DNA of 64,000 nucleotides from Gammaproteobacteria bacterium (lineage in GTDB: Bacteria > Pseudomonadota > Gammaproteobacteria > Eutrophobiales > Eutrophobiaceae). The first letter of the stretch is position 1. Each line of letters opens with the position of its first letter. Of this stretch, positions 27,204-36,800 are shown piece after piece. The position numbers were made by a program, and so were the translations under genes. The DNA is taken from the NCBI GenBank assembly GCA_965215365.1, contig CBDCDS010000003.1, positions 800,001-864,000 of the forward strand. Reading direction: 5' to 3'. Under the pieces are notes generated by a model. That model had not been told where the DNA came from, did not search any database, and worked only from the letters and a program-made list of their open reading frames with translations.

Positions 27204-28664
27204 TCAGGTTTGCAAATTCGCTGTGAGTTGTTGCAGCAGTGCAGGTTTATCCAATTTGCCTGAGGATGTTTTCGGCAACTCAGCAAGCGCCACGTAACGG
27301 GTCGGGATTTTGTAGGGTGCCAGTTGTTTTCGGCAATGCTCATCTAAGACGTTTTGGGGGAGGTCGTCGCTCGTAGCGATGAACGCCGTGACGGACTCCC
27401 CGAATTTTTCCGAGGGTTCGCCGATGACGGCTGCTTCCCTGATGGCCGGTAGCTGCACCAGCACAGCCTCGATTTCTGCCGGGTAGATGTTGACGCCGCC
27501 GCGATTGATCACGTCCTTGTCGCGCCCGCGCAGGATGATGTGTCCGTGCTCCAGTTTTGCGGCCAGATCGCCGGGGTAGAACCAGCCTTGCGGACCGGTC
27601 GTCTGCTCGGTGCCGTCGGCGTCGATGAAGCGTGCGGCGACGCCCGGGCCGCGATAGCGCAGGCGCCCGGTTGCTCCGGTTGCCACGGGTCGGTCCCGGT
27701 CATCCACGACCTGGACTTCGGTTCTGAAAGTGGGGCGGCCGGCTGTGTGGGCGTAGTCATCGAACTCCGCCGCCGTCAAGACGGAGATGCCACCACCTTC
27801 GCTGGAGGCGTAGTAGCCGACCAGCCCGGGGCTGATTTTTTTGCATACAGCCGCCGCTTCCGGCGGGTGCAGTGCGGCACCGCTGACCAGCAACTTGTGC
27901 AGGCTCGGCAGCACTAACCCGTCCCGGTGCAGAGGCAGCAGCTCGCGTAATTGCGTTGGCACCAGAAAGGTCGCCGTGGCGCCGGCGGCGTTGATGGCAC
28001 TGACCAGTTGCTCAGGCTTGTGGGGGGGCGGGTCGAGTATGACTGTGGCGCCGGCAGCCAGAAAGGACATGGCAAACGCGCGCCCGGCGCCGAAATAGAG
28101 CGGCGTCAACCCGATAAACCGATCCTGTGAGTTAAAACCGATGCTCACCCACTGGCTGATAAAGCGCTGGTACAGCTGCTCGTGGGTCACCAGCGCGCCC
28201 TTGGGCCGACCCGTGGTGCCAGATGACAGCGAAATAAGCAGGGTCAGGTCGGGGCCCTCCGGCAGCGGCGGCAGCGGGCCGGGGTCGGCGTCATGGTGAA
28301 CCTGGTCCAGCGTCAGGCATTTTGCCCCCTCCGACCTGCTGGCGTGTTCCTCCAAAATGAGCAGCTTTGCCTTGAAAGTGGTTGCCGCGGCGGTCTTCTC
28401 AGCGGTCGTCCAGCGCTGATCGATGGGCAGGATGACCGCGCCCAGGCGCGCCAGGGCATAATGCAGGATCAGGTGCCCCGGATGCTCCTTCAGGGCCAGA
28501 CCCACCCGGTCACCCGGTCCGATGCCATGCTCATGCAGGCACGCGGCATAGCCCTGCAGGCGTTGCCACAGCGCCAGATAACTGAGCCGCTCCGGGCCAA
28601 ATTCCAGAGCCGTTTTATCGCCATGGCTATACGCGTGGCACTGCAGGATGGACGCCAGATTCAT
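27204..28664 (-). CDS. AMP-dependent acyl-CoA synthetase/ligase
   Basis: SSGTTGRPKG, Y-x-SSE, GDL, GR-x-KD-x-I-x-RGG-x-NIYPAEIE and LPKTSSGK motifs. Confidence 0.9.
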   Translation of the reverse strand: MNLASILQCHAYSHGDKTALEFGPERLSYLALWQRLQGYAACLHEHGIGPGDRVGLALKEHPGHLILHYALARLGAVILPIDQRWTTAEKTAAATTFKAKLLILEEHASRSEGAKCLTLDQVHHDADPGPLPPLPEGPDLTLLISLSSGTTGRPKGALVTHEQLYQRFISQWVSIGFNSQDRFIGLTPLYFGAGRAFAMSFLAAGATVILDPPPHKPEQLVSAINAAGATATFLVPTQLRELLPLHRDGLVLPSLHKLLVSGAALHPPEAAAVCKKISPGLVGYYASSEGGGISVLTAAEFDDYAHTAGRPTFRTEVQVVDDRDRPVATGATGRLRYRGPGVAARFIDADGTEQTTGPQGWFYPGDLAAKLEHGHIILRGRDKDVINRGGVNIYPAEIEAVLVQLPAIREAAVIGEPSEKFGESVTAFIATSDDLPQNVLDEHCRKQLAPYKIPTRYVALAELPKTSSGKLDKPALLQQLTANLQT

Positions 28665-28713
28665 AGCTCACCCGTTGCTGCGAAGATGGCGCCGGATTGC
28701 TCCCGCCTGCGGG

Positions 28714-29577
28714 TCAGTCGAGCCGGTAGATGCGACGCACATTGTCGCGCAGAAATTTTTGCAGCGCGGTCGGTTTTAATTCCAGCGCGTCAATCTCCTG
28801 CCGGGTGCGTTTGAAATTGAGCACCGGAAAGTCGGTACCGAAGATCACCTTGTCCTGACCGTAACTGTTGATATAGTTGACGAAGCTCGCCGGCCAGTAT
28901 TTCGGACTGTGGGCATCGGCGCCGATATAGACGTTCTCGTGCTTCCAGGCCATGGCGATCATCTCGTCCGCCCACGGGATGCCGACATGGATGCCAACCA
29001 GTCTGAGCTCCGGGAAGTCACAGGCCACCGGGTCCAGACTGATGGGTCGTCCCACGCTTTTGCAGGGAAACTCTTTCGAGTAGATCATGGATTGCCCGAC
29101 CTGTAACTGTATCGGGATATCCAGTTCGCAACACTTGGCATAGAAGGGATAGTATTTGGCATGGTCGGGCGCCAGTTCAAACCAGTGCGGGTACAGGTGC
29201 GCGCCGATAAAGCCCATGTTACGCACCGCGTCTTCCAGTTCCTGCACGCCAGCCATGCCCATGAACGGGTCGATACCCAGCAGTCCGGAGAAATGTTCGG
29301 GATATTTGTCCACGGCCTTAGCCACGATTGCCGGCGGCAGGTGGTAACACCCCGGCAACCCGGGCCGGCCGGACTTGGCGGCGACCAGAAAACCATGCCC
29401 GATGCCGGCCTCCTGCATCAGCTCGATCATCTGTTCCAGCGACAAACCCTGCATCAGGCCGCGCGGCGCCCTCATCTTGCCGGCGAAGAACTCATCGCGC
29501 CAGCCGGGACGGTGCGCCAGCGCTTCCTCCGTCCAGATATTGACCACGGCGTCGATGGCATTGATGTTATTCAACAT
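28714..29577 (-). CDS. Amidohydrolase family 2 (TIM-barrel metallo-hydrolase/decarboxylase-like)
   Basis: YPFYAKC-x-EL-x-IP, H-x-G-x-PW and KVIFGTDFP motifs. Confidence 0.85.
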   Translation of the reverse strand: MLNNINAIDAVVNIWTEEALAHRPGWRDEFFAGKMRAPRGLMQGLSLEQMIELMQEAGIGHGFLVAAKSGRPGLPGCYHLPPAIVAKAVDKYPEHFSGLLGIDPFMGMAGVQELEDAVRNMGFIGAHLYPHWFELAPDHAKYYPFYAKCCELDIPIQLQVGQSMIYSKEFPCKSVGRPISLDPVACDFPELRLVGIHVGIPWADEMIAMAWKHENVYIGADAHSPKYWPASFVNYINSYGQDKVIFGTDFPVLNFKRTRQEIDALELKPTALQKFLRDNVRRIYRLD

Positions 29578-29604
29578 GGAGCTTCCTCAGCATCTTTGCA
29601 TCAT

Positions 29605-29991
29605 AAGGGCGTCTCTGAAAATCAGAGGTTACCATAACCTGTTTATCGGCGCTTGTGGATAACATGGGCGCGTTCAAGGTGACTTTTATGGTCACCTCTC
29701 ACAAACACGAGGTGGCCGTGCAGTACAGGGATGTGCTGCCAGTAACTGCAAGCACGTAAGTGCTTGAAAATGACCAATCGGCAGGATAGCCGATTGGCAC
29801 AGCGATAGCGGCCCGTAGGGTTGCGTCCACGGAGGGACGCAATGAGGGAAATGAAAAATCGCATTTTTTCGTTTCCGTCTCACAAATCCGCCCGGAGCGG
29901 ATTTGGACGTCCGCAGGACGCCCGCAGGGGGCGTCCCAAGGATGGGACGCATCACAAAATACCACAGAGGGTATTTTTAGAGGTTACTATA
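29605..29991. mobile_element. Family A palindrome plus ~305-bp MITE-like element (29687-29991)
   Basis: Inverted ends tatggtcacctct ... agaggttactata; interior shares blocks with 21850-21908 and 27113-27182. Confidence 0.65.
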
Positions 29992-30033
29992 TGGCACAAT
30001 GCCGTAAGAAACGGCCAGACACAACAATGAGAA

Positions 30034-30906
30034 ATGCTGAATTTCGGCTCATCACCTGAACCTGTTCCCGGTCCGGACCGGGAGTTGCTGACAAAATGGA
30101 TCGGGTGTATGGAAAACTATGGACAAAGCTGGCTCGACGATATCGGCAAGGACTACTTCTCTCAGGAATATTGGTATCTGTTTACTATCACGCTGGTTTA
30201 CCACTGGCGTCAGACCCCTCTCAGCGTAAGCGAAGCATGTGACTCCATGAAAACCGGGTCCTCCAAAACTCGGGAAAATCGTCTCAAAAAACTCATCACA
30301 GAACACTTTTTCATCAAGATAAAAAACCAGACGGACTTACGCAGAACCTATCTTGAACCAACCACTGAAATGTTGTTGGGAGGACGCAAACATTTCAGTG
30401 GCAGCCTGGGAAGGGCTATTCAGTTTCTGGATGATGCACGATTGCTGGCATCCAATCCCCAACCCCTGCTGGATGGAATTCTAAGTGACGGTGAACACAT
30501 TGATAAAAATTACCTGTTGCCGTGGGCGGAGTTTCTGATTGGTTACACCAATGACTGGAATAACACCTTCAGCAAAAGATTTCATACTGAGGAATACTGG
30601 TATCCTTTTGTCTATTGCCTGCTGGCTTGTTGGAGAGGACAACGGCTGACTACCAGTGAAGTGTGTCAGTGTATGCGCACCGGTTCGGGCAGGACCAAGG
30701 AGAAACGAGTCTCTTTGGCAGTGAGTCGTGGCATGTTGGTAAAACAAAAAAGCAGTTGTGACCTCAGAACAACGTATATTTTGACGAGCAGCGTGTTGGA
30801 AGAATTACTTATCAGCCATTTCGGCAGAACGCTCAACAACCTGTTGAGCCTGACACGAGGTTTGCTGGAGCGACAACAGGCGTTAAGCGCTGGTTTGCCA
30901 GACTGA
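30034..30906 (+). CDS. Tandem-duplicated winged-helix (MarR-like) regulator
   Basis: Two homologous halves: EYWY...LSVSEAC-x2-MKTGS-x-KT...DLRRTY and EYWY...LTTSEVC-x2-MRTGS-x-RT...DLRTTY, each with a D-x-R wing motif. Confidence 0.6.
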   Translation: MLNFGSSPEPVPGPDRELLTKWIGCMENYGQSWLDDIGKDYFSQEYWYLFTITLVYHWRQTPLSVSEACDSMKTGSSKTRENRLKKLITEHFFIKIKNQTDLRRTYLEPTTEMLLGGRKHFSGSLGRAIQFLDDARLLASNPQPLLDGILSDGEHIDKNYLLPWAEFLIGYTNDWNNTFSKRFHTEEYWYPFVYCLLACWRGQRLTTSEVCQCMRTGSGRTKEKRVSLAVSRGMLVKQKSSCDLRTTYILTSSVLEELLISHFGRTLNNLLSLTRGLLERQQALSAGLPD

Positions 30907-31920
30907 TGACAAAAAATTCAGAAGCGCTTGATTGAATTCTGCGGGTTTCTCCAGAAAGGGCGTGTGTCCCGCGTCCTCAATGCCCCGCTCCTTAAAAACG
31001 CCGCCGTTGTTGCGGTAGCCTTCAAGGACATGGCGAATTTGTCTCAGCATGGGTTGTGGAGGACATGAATGACTTCCCCCCCCGCTTGTTTCCTCGGGGC
31101 AAGGGTGTTGCAGTTCGTCCCCATTACAAATTATCAGGTCATCAACACCGCGCATCCAGAGGAGAGGGGGCTTGGGTTGGATGTTTACTATCCCTGAGGC
31201 ATCAAAATAACGGGCGGAAAACGCATTGACGACGCCGCGTTCTCCCGGAGCTGAACCCTGCCAAAAAGGTGATGTGACCGCGTTTCCCGGGTACCAGTCA
31301 TTACCGACATGGGTGGCAAGCATTGCATCGACTAACTGATCAATATTGTCGGGAACAAAAGGGGGCTTGAAGTATAATCGCTCAAGAACGTTACGAGGCG
31401 ACAGAGCATGTTCCCTGCTACGGTCCCCTGCAGCCAAACGCCGAATAAATTCGGCATCGACATACCCGGCGCCTCCGGGGGAGCCATCCGGGTGACAAGG
31501 GGTTCCCCGCTCATCGACTGAGCCGGCGTAGCCATAGGGAGAAATAGTGTTTACCAGAGTTACACTGCCCAGAATATCGGGACGCAATAACATCATCTTC
31601 ATTGCCACGCCGCCGCCCATACTGTGTCCAACAAGGTGAAAACGAGATATTTTAAGTGCGGCGATCAGGGCAAGAATGTCTTCCACCATATCGTTGAGGC
31701 CCAAGGTGGCATCTATTTTCAAAGGTTCCGTTGCGCCGAACCCTCGAAGGTCGGGCGCAACGCAGAAAAAATCATCCTGCAACACCGCCATCGCCCGCTC
31801 CCAGAAAACGGATGAGGAGAGGTTGCCGTGAATAAACAGGATCACCTCGGCTGCCGGGTCGCCGCAAGTCAAGGCGTTGACGGTTATACGTGGCGTGCTA
31901 ATAATTCTCGCCGTTGGCAT
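30883..31920 (-). CDS. Alpha/beta hydrolase (possible 3-hydroxybutyrate-oligomer esterase)
   Basis: FIHGN, PDLRGFG, GHSMGG nucleophile elbow and GHTPFLE motifs. Confidence 0.85.
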   Translation of the reverse strand: MPTARIISTPRITVNALTCGDPAAEVILFIHGNLSSSVFWERAMAVLQDDFFCVAPDLRGFGATEPLKIDATLGLNDMVEDILALIAALKISRFHLVGHSMGGGVAMKMMLLRPDILGSVTLVNTISPYGYAGSVDERGTPCHPDGSPGGAGYVDAEFIRRLAAGDRSREHALSPRNVLERLYFKPPFVPDNIDQLVDAMLATHVGNDWYPGNAVTSPFWQGSAPGERGVVNAFSARYFDASGIVNIQPKPPLLWMRGVDDLIICNGDELQHPCPEETSGGGSHSCPPQPMLRQIRHVLEGYRNNGGVFKERGIEDAGHTPFLEKPAEFNQALLNFLSSVWQTSA

Positions 31921-33493
31921 CAGTTTGCATCTCCCGGAGCTTGCGTTTCAATTCCTGTTTCATGACTTTCCCCGCAGCAGACATGGGTAAATCCGGCAGA
32001 ACATGAATCTGCCTGGGTACTTTATAGTGCGCCAGCCGCTGCCGCAGCAAGTCTAACAGACCGTCAATGTTGAAATTCTTCGTGAGATTTTCCGGCACCA
32101 GCGCCAAATGACCTGCCTCGCCCCATTGTTTGTCAGGGAGGCCGATCACGGCACAGTATCGTACACCTTCATAACCCAGCGCGATGTCTTCAATTTCGTG
32201 CGGATAGACATTCTCGCCGCCGCTGATATACATATCTTTCTTGCGTCCCACAATATAATAAAATCCTTCTTCATCATGGACGGCTATATCACCTGTATGA
32301 AACCAGCCGTTCTCATCAACTGCTTCGGACCTTCCGCCCTCAGGAGTAAAGTAACCGCTGCAGCAGGATGGCCCTTGCAGAAATAACTCGCCTTCCTGGC
32401 CGGCCTTACATTCCCGGCCTTCATTATCTATCCGTACCTGGACGAAAAAATTTGGCCTGCCAATGGAACCTGCCTTACGTTGCGCGTCCTGAGGAGACAA
32501 AGCAAATACTCCGGGCCCAAATTCCGTCATGCCGAAACCTTGCTTGAAACAGACCCCTTTTTCTTCTTCGTAACGCCTTATCAGAGCCAGCGGCAGAGCA
32601 GCCCCTCCGGAAGTGCAAAACCGTAAGTGATTCAGCTTGGCCCGGTCCCAATCGGCACACTCCAAAAGCAAGCGATAAATTGTTGGCACCGACAGAAATA
32701 CTGTTATCTTTTCTTCATCTAATTTTTTCAAGGTTACGTCTGCATCAAAACTCCTCAACAATACGGTAGCGCCGCCCAGGATAAATAGCGGCACTGTATA
32801 AACCAGAAGCCCACCTGTATGAAACAGCGGCAACACATTCAAAAACCTGTCATCCTCCCCGAGGTCGTGAATAGTGGTATTCAGTGTATTCCAGGCAATG
32901 TTCTCATGGCTGATACACACCGCTTTCGGGCACCCCGTGGTGCCGCCAGTGAACAGGATGACGGCGGTATCCCTTGGGCTTGTTTTAACTGTAGCCGCCC
33001 TAGGGGGGGTTACCGGCGCACCGGCGATGATAGCGTCATACTCGCACTCTTTGCTGCCTCCGATTGTCAGGATTCGCATCTTTTGAGACGATTTCAAAGC
33101 CGTTGATGCCCCATACAGCAAGTCTTTGAATTTCTTCTGGATAATTATGACTTTCGGGGTAGTGATTTGCAGCAGGTGCAACAATTCAGAAGCGCTGCAT
33201 CGCCAATTAAGCGGAACGTGAATTGCGCCGATCTTCCAGCTTGCAAAACAACATTCCAGCTGCTCTATTCCATTATCTGCCAAAATCCCCACCCGGTCTC
33301 CCGGCCCAACACCCACCTCGTGCAGGAATCCCGCAAGCCTGCTGGCCCTTTCATTGAAATGCCGATAACTGTATTCAAAACGCTTGCCGTCCTGAAAGTC
33401 AACAAACGCAGTCCGCTGCGGCGAGTAAGTCGCCCGACGCGCAGCGAGGTCTGTCAGAGTGGCGCCGAAAACTTCCACCGGAGTACCGTGCAA
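31898..33493 (-). CDS. Acyl-CoA ligase (FadD/MenE-like)
   Basis: FTGGTTGCPK, GFGMTE, FHTGD and GRKKDMYISGGENVYP motifs. Confidence 0.9.
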   Translation of the reverse strand: MHGTPVEVFGATLTDLAARRATYSPQRTAFVDFQDGKRFEYSYRHFNERASRLAGFLHEVGVGPGDRVGILADNGIEQLECCFASWKIGAIHVPLNWRCSASELLHLLQITTPKVIIIQKKFKDLLYGASTALKSSQKMRILTIGGSKECEYDAIIAGAPVTPPRAATVKTSPRDTAVILFTGGTTGCPKAVCISHENIAWNTLNTTIHDLGEDDRFLNVLPLFHTGGLLVYTVPLFILGGATVLLRSFDADVTLKKLDEEKITVFLSVPTIYRLLLECADWDRAKLNHLRFCTSGGAALPLALIRRYEEEKGVCFKQGFGMTEFGPGVFALSPQDAQRKAGSIGRPNFFVQVRIDNEGRECKAGQEGELFLQGPSCCSGYFTPEGGRSEAVDENGWFHTGDIAVHDEEGFYYIVGRKKDMYISGGENVYPHEIEDIALGYEGVRYCAVIGLPDKQWGEAGHLALVPENLTKNFNIDGLLDLLRQRLAHYKVPRQIHVLPDLPMSAAGKVMKQELKRKLREMQTDANGENY

Positions 33494-33507
33494 TACAAAC
33501 GATCAAA

Positions 33508-34500
33508 TTACAGCCATTTCCACAAGGATGAGGCCATAGTGATGCCGCCACCGCTGGCAGTAAAGAGAAGCAGGTCTCCAGACTTGGGTCCAATACCTTG
33601 TTCTATGGCATCATCCAAAGTCATTGGCAGACAGGCAGACCCGGTGTAACCGTATTTGTCCATGATGTAATGAGCTTTGGCTAATGGTTGACGCATATCG
33701 CGCATTACATGTCTAATCGTATGCAGGTTTAATTGAGTGAAATAAAAATGGTCCACCTGTTCCAAGGAAACACCCGCTTGCTCACAAGTGCTATCTATTA
33801 AAGCCGGCCAGTGTAAGCGGTTAAATTCCGCGGGTATCTTTTTGGCAAATTTCACCGCGGGGGCGCCGAAATTTGCTATATTTTCACTGGTTGCCGGGCA
33901 GTTCGCGCCGCCATAAAATATCCCCAGCGCATCATAGTTCTCATTAAATGATTTGAAACTCGAACCCAGCCAATGTTGTTTGTCTGCCCTCGACAAAATA
34001 ACCGCGCCAGCGCCATCAGCAAATAAAGTCGCTGTATATTTGTCTCGCATATCCAAAAACCTAGACATGGCGTAGGCTCCAGCAACCACAATATACCGAA
34101 TCGAGTTATCAGTCACTATGCGGCGCGCTGCAAGGTCCAAGGCATTGACCCAACCAGAGCAAGCGCTGTTTATGTCGAATCCAGGTATGTTGTTGGCTCC
34201 GAGTTTTGACAGAGTTGCACAGGCCGTTGCCGGCGAGAACCAGTCGGGCGTGTCAGTCGAGCAAATCAATAAGTCCATTTGATTTGCAGAAAGTCCTGCC
34301 CGATCTAAAGCAATCTTCACTGCTTCTACCACAAGATCGGATGTCGTTTGATCCTCTTCGATAAAATAGCGTTGTTTGATGCCAACATTTCTTTGCAGCC
34401 ACTCATCAACGGGTTGACCAACCAATGTTTCTATCTCTTGATTGGTCACCAGTCGTTCGGGAACATATTTTCCCGTAGCGATGATGCATGGAAAGCCCAT
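33508..34500 (-). CDS. 3-oxoacyl-ACP synthase III (FabH-like) family protein
   Basis: DINSACSG catalytic Cys and LFADGAGA; the canonical HQAN and GNT positions read TQLN and GYT. Confidence 0.85.
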   Translation of the reverse strand: MGFPCIIATGKYVPERLVTNQEIETLVGQPVDEWLQRNVGIKQRYFIEEDQTTSDLVVEAVKIALDRAGLSANQMDLLICSTDTPDWFSPATACATLSKLGANNIPGFDINSACSGWVNALDLAARRIVTDNSIRYIVVAGAYAMSRFLDMRDKYTATLFADGAGAVILSRADKQHWLGSSFKSFNENYDALGIFYGGANCPATSENIANFGAPAVKFAKKIPAEFNRLHWPALIDSTCEQAGVSLEQVDHFYFTQLNLHTIRHVMRDMRQPLAKAHYIMDKYGYTGSACLPMTLDDAIEQGIGPKSGDLLLFTASGGGITMASSLWKWL

Positions 34501-34532
34501 GGACCGGAAGCTCCTTCTGCTGGTGTAATGTC

Positions 34533-36800
34533 CTAGAAAAACCGGTAGCGTACCTGAAACCGGTAGGTCAGGGGTTGACCATAATAAGCCAAGCCTACAC
34601 CTGGAAATGCCGTCAGGTCAAAACCGTGGGTAATGTATTCCTCATCCGTCAGGTTCTTCACACCGAAAGACGCATCCCACTTGCCATTTTCAGCTTCCAG
34701 GCCGATAGAGGCATTGACAAGGGTAAAATCGTCCTGCCACAGGGCTTCCAGATTGTTGATATCGACGAAATAATCCGATCTGTAACTGACATCGGCGCCC
34801 ACAAGTAAATATGCAAAGCCCAGAGAGTGTCGGTACTGAAAGCCTAGGTTGCCCGTTAGTTCGGGCGAGTTGATAGGAGTCAAAGCGCCACTCACGTCCT
34901 GATTGGCGCTGTTGATGAATTCTTTGTACTCAGCTTCGAGGTAACCGACGTTCAGACTTACCAGAAAATTCGGCGCCGGATTGGCGAGCAGCTCCGCTTC
35001 CAACCCCCAGTTTTCCGCCTTGCCGGCGTTCGTGAATACGGTTGCAAAACCTCCTGTTGAGGTCGCCGAAAAACTGCTTAGCTGTAAGTCCTGATAGTCA
35101 TTATAAAACGCAGCCGCGCTAAGGCGCAGTCTGCCATCCGCAAGGCTGGATTTCCAGCCAATTTCATAGGTATCGGCAATTTCAGGATCATACGGCAGCG
35201 CCTGAGTGTTGACCGCGCCGCCGTCACTGGCGCCGTTATACCCGATGCGGCCATCAAACCCGCCACTCTTGAAACCCCGCGCATAAGTGAAGTAGGCCAT
35301 GCTGACATCGTTAAACCTGTAGCTGATGCCGGCTTTCGGCGTAACCTTACTGAAATCCTCATTCAAATCGAGATTAAGCGCAAACGGATTGGTGGAGTTC
35401 AAGGGAGGGTTGCATTCGTCTATGCTGGACAAAGGCGCCCCGAGGGCCTGACACGCCCTGCGTTTCAGTTCCTTCGATTCATGCGTATAGCGCGCGCCGA
35501 CAGTAAGCTCCAGCGCGGCTGTGATAAACCAGGATGCCTCACCAAAAACGGCAACCGCTTCCACAGACTGGTCATTTTCGCTGACCGTTTCATAAGGTGA
35601 AAAGAACAGCCCCGCCCCTCCTGTGAAATCGACTGGTTCGGTATTGTTGATCCCATCCGGGGTTACATCATCCTCGGAAAAATAATAGGCGCCCGCCAAG
35701 GCCTTAAGAGCGCCCCCCGCGTCATAAGACAACTGCAACTCCTGGCTGAACTGTTCCTGATCCTGGTCAACGAAAACCCCGAAAATATTGAATCCAGTGC
35801 CATCAAGGTCAATATTCGTTTTATGTTCAAGCTGTCTGAACGAAGTAATGGATTTCAGGCTGATGGCATCTGCAGCCTGATAATCCACGGTGAGCCCTAT
35901 GCCTTCCACTTTCAGCCGCTCCACATCATTGAAATCCGCTTCGACCTCAAAGGGATCATCCGTGGCCTGATAACCCGCAGTATTCTGAACCAGCGTCGGC
36001 CCGGGAGTCACCCTTGCAGGAGTGATAGAGCGTTCAGGGTCATTAACCGACCGGTCGAGGGTCAAGTTGAAACTCAGGTTATCATTCGGGAAGTACTGCA
36101 GGTGCAGGCGCCCTGCGAACGTTCGTTTATCGCCGTCGGCGCCGTTCCCTGCTGCGGCTCCGGTAAAGGTGTTGTCGTTATAACCGTCGTGCGCCACGTG
36201 AGCAAGGGAGAGGCGCCCAAGCAGACTTCCGTCGGCACTGAGCGGGCCGCTCCAAGTCGCTCTTAGCATATATTCACTGTAATTCCCAATCGAGGCTTCG
36301 CCCTCAAGGAACGGGGTATCCGTCGGCCCTGCCGACACATATTTTATGGCCCCTCCGATGGTATTGCGTCCGTACAAAGTGCCCTGTGGCCCTCGCAATA
36401 CCTCGATTCGCTCGACATCGATCACATCCAGAAACGAACCCTGCGCCCGGCCCATATAGACATCGTCAAGATAGACTCCGACCCCCGGATCTGCAAAAGA
36501 CAAGGAATCTCTTTGCCCCACACCGCGGATATAAATGATAGCGTTTGCCGCGTCACCCATGTTCAGGCTCAGGTTGGGAACGATATTCTGTATATCACCC
36601 AAATCATCAACCTGAAAACGGGCCAGCTCCGATGCAGAGAGTGCACTGACGGAAAGCGGTGCATCCATGATGCTCTCCTCTCGCTTACGCGCCGTTACCA
36701 CTACCTCTTCCAGCAAGCCATCAGCCAGAGCTACTGATGTAACAGGCGGTGAGAAAAAACCAATAGACAAAAGGCAAACCAGTATTTTTTTCATGATCAA
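34533..36800 (-). CDS. TonB-dependent receptor
   Basis: Signal peptide, LEEVVVTARKREE TonB box region, ERIEVLRGPQGTLYGRN, C-terminal Phe. Confidence 0.93.
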   Translation of the reverse strand: MIMKKILVCLLSIGFFSPPVTSVALADGLLEEVVVTARKREESIMDAPLSVSALSASELARFQVDDLGDIQNIVPNLSLNMGDAANAIIYIRGVGQRDSLSFADPGVGVYLDDVYMGRAQGSFLDVIDVERIEVLRGPQGTLYGRNTIGGAIKYVSAGPTDTPFLEGEASIGNYSEYMLRATWSGPLSADGSLLGRLSLAHVAHDGYNDNTFTGAAAGNGADGDKRTFAGRLHLQYFPNDNLSFNLTLDRSVNDPERSITPARVTPGPTLVQNTAGYQATDDPFEVEADFNDVERLKVEGIGLTVDYQAADAISLKSITSFRQLEHKTNIDLDGTGFNIFGVFVDQDQEQFSQELQLSYDAGGALKALAGAYYFSEDDVTPDGINNTEPVDFTGGAGLFFSPYETVSENDQSVEAVAVFGEASWFITAALELTVGARYTHESKELKRRACQALGAPLSSIDECNPPLNSTNPFALNLDLNEDFSKVTPKAGISYRFNDVSMAYFTYARGFKSGGFDGRIGYNGASDGGAVNTQALPYDPEIADTYEIGWKSSLADGRLRLSAAAFYNDYQDLQLSSFSATSTGGFATVFTNAGKAENWGLEAELLANPAPNFLVSLNVGYLEAEYKEFINSANQDVSGALTPINSPELTGNLGFQYRHSLGFAYLLVGADVSYRSDYFVDINNLEALWQDDFTLVNASIGLEAENGKWDASFGVKNLTDEEYITHGFDLTAFPGVGLAYYGQPLTYRFQVRYRFF

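Noticed and set aside
29643-30030. Several short ORFs (69-88 aa) in both orientations
   Set aside because: They fall within the palindromic MITE-like repeat and share sequence with the repeat copy at 27113-27182.
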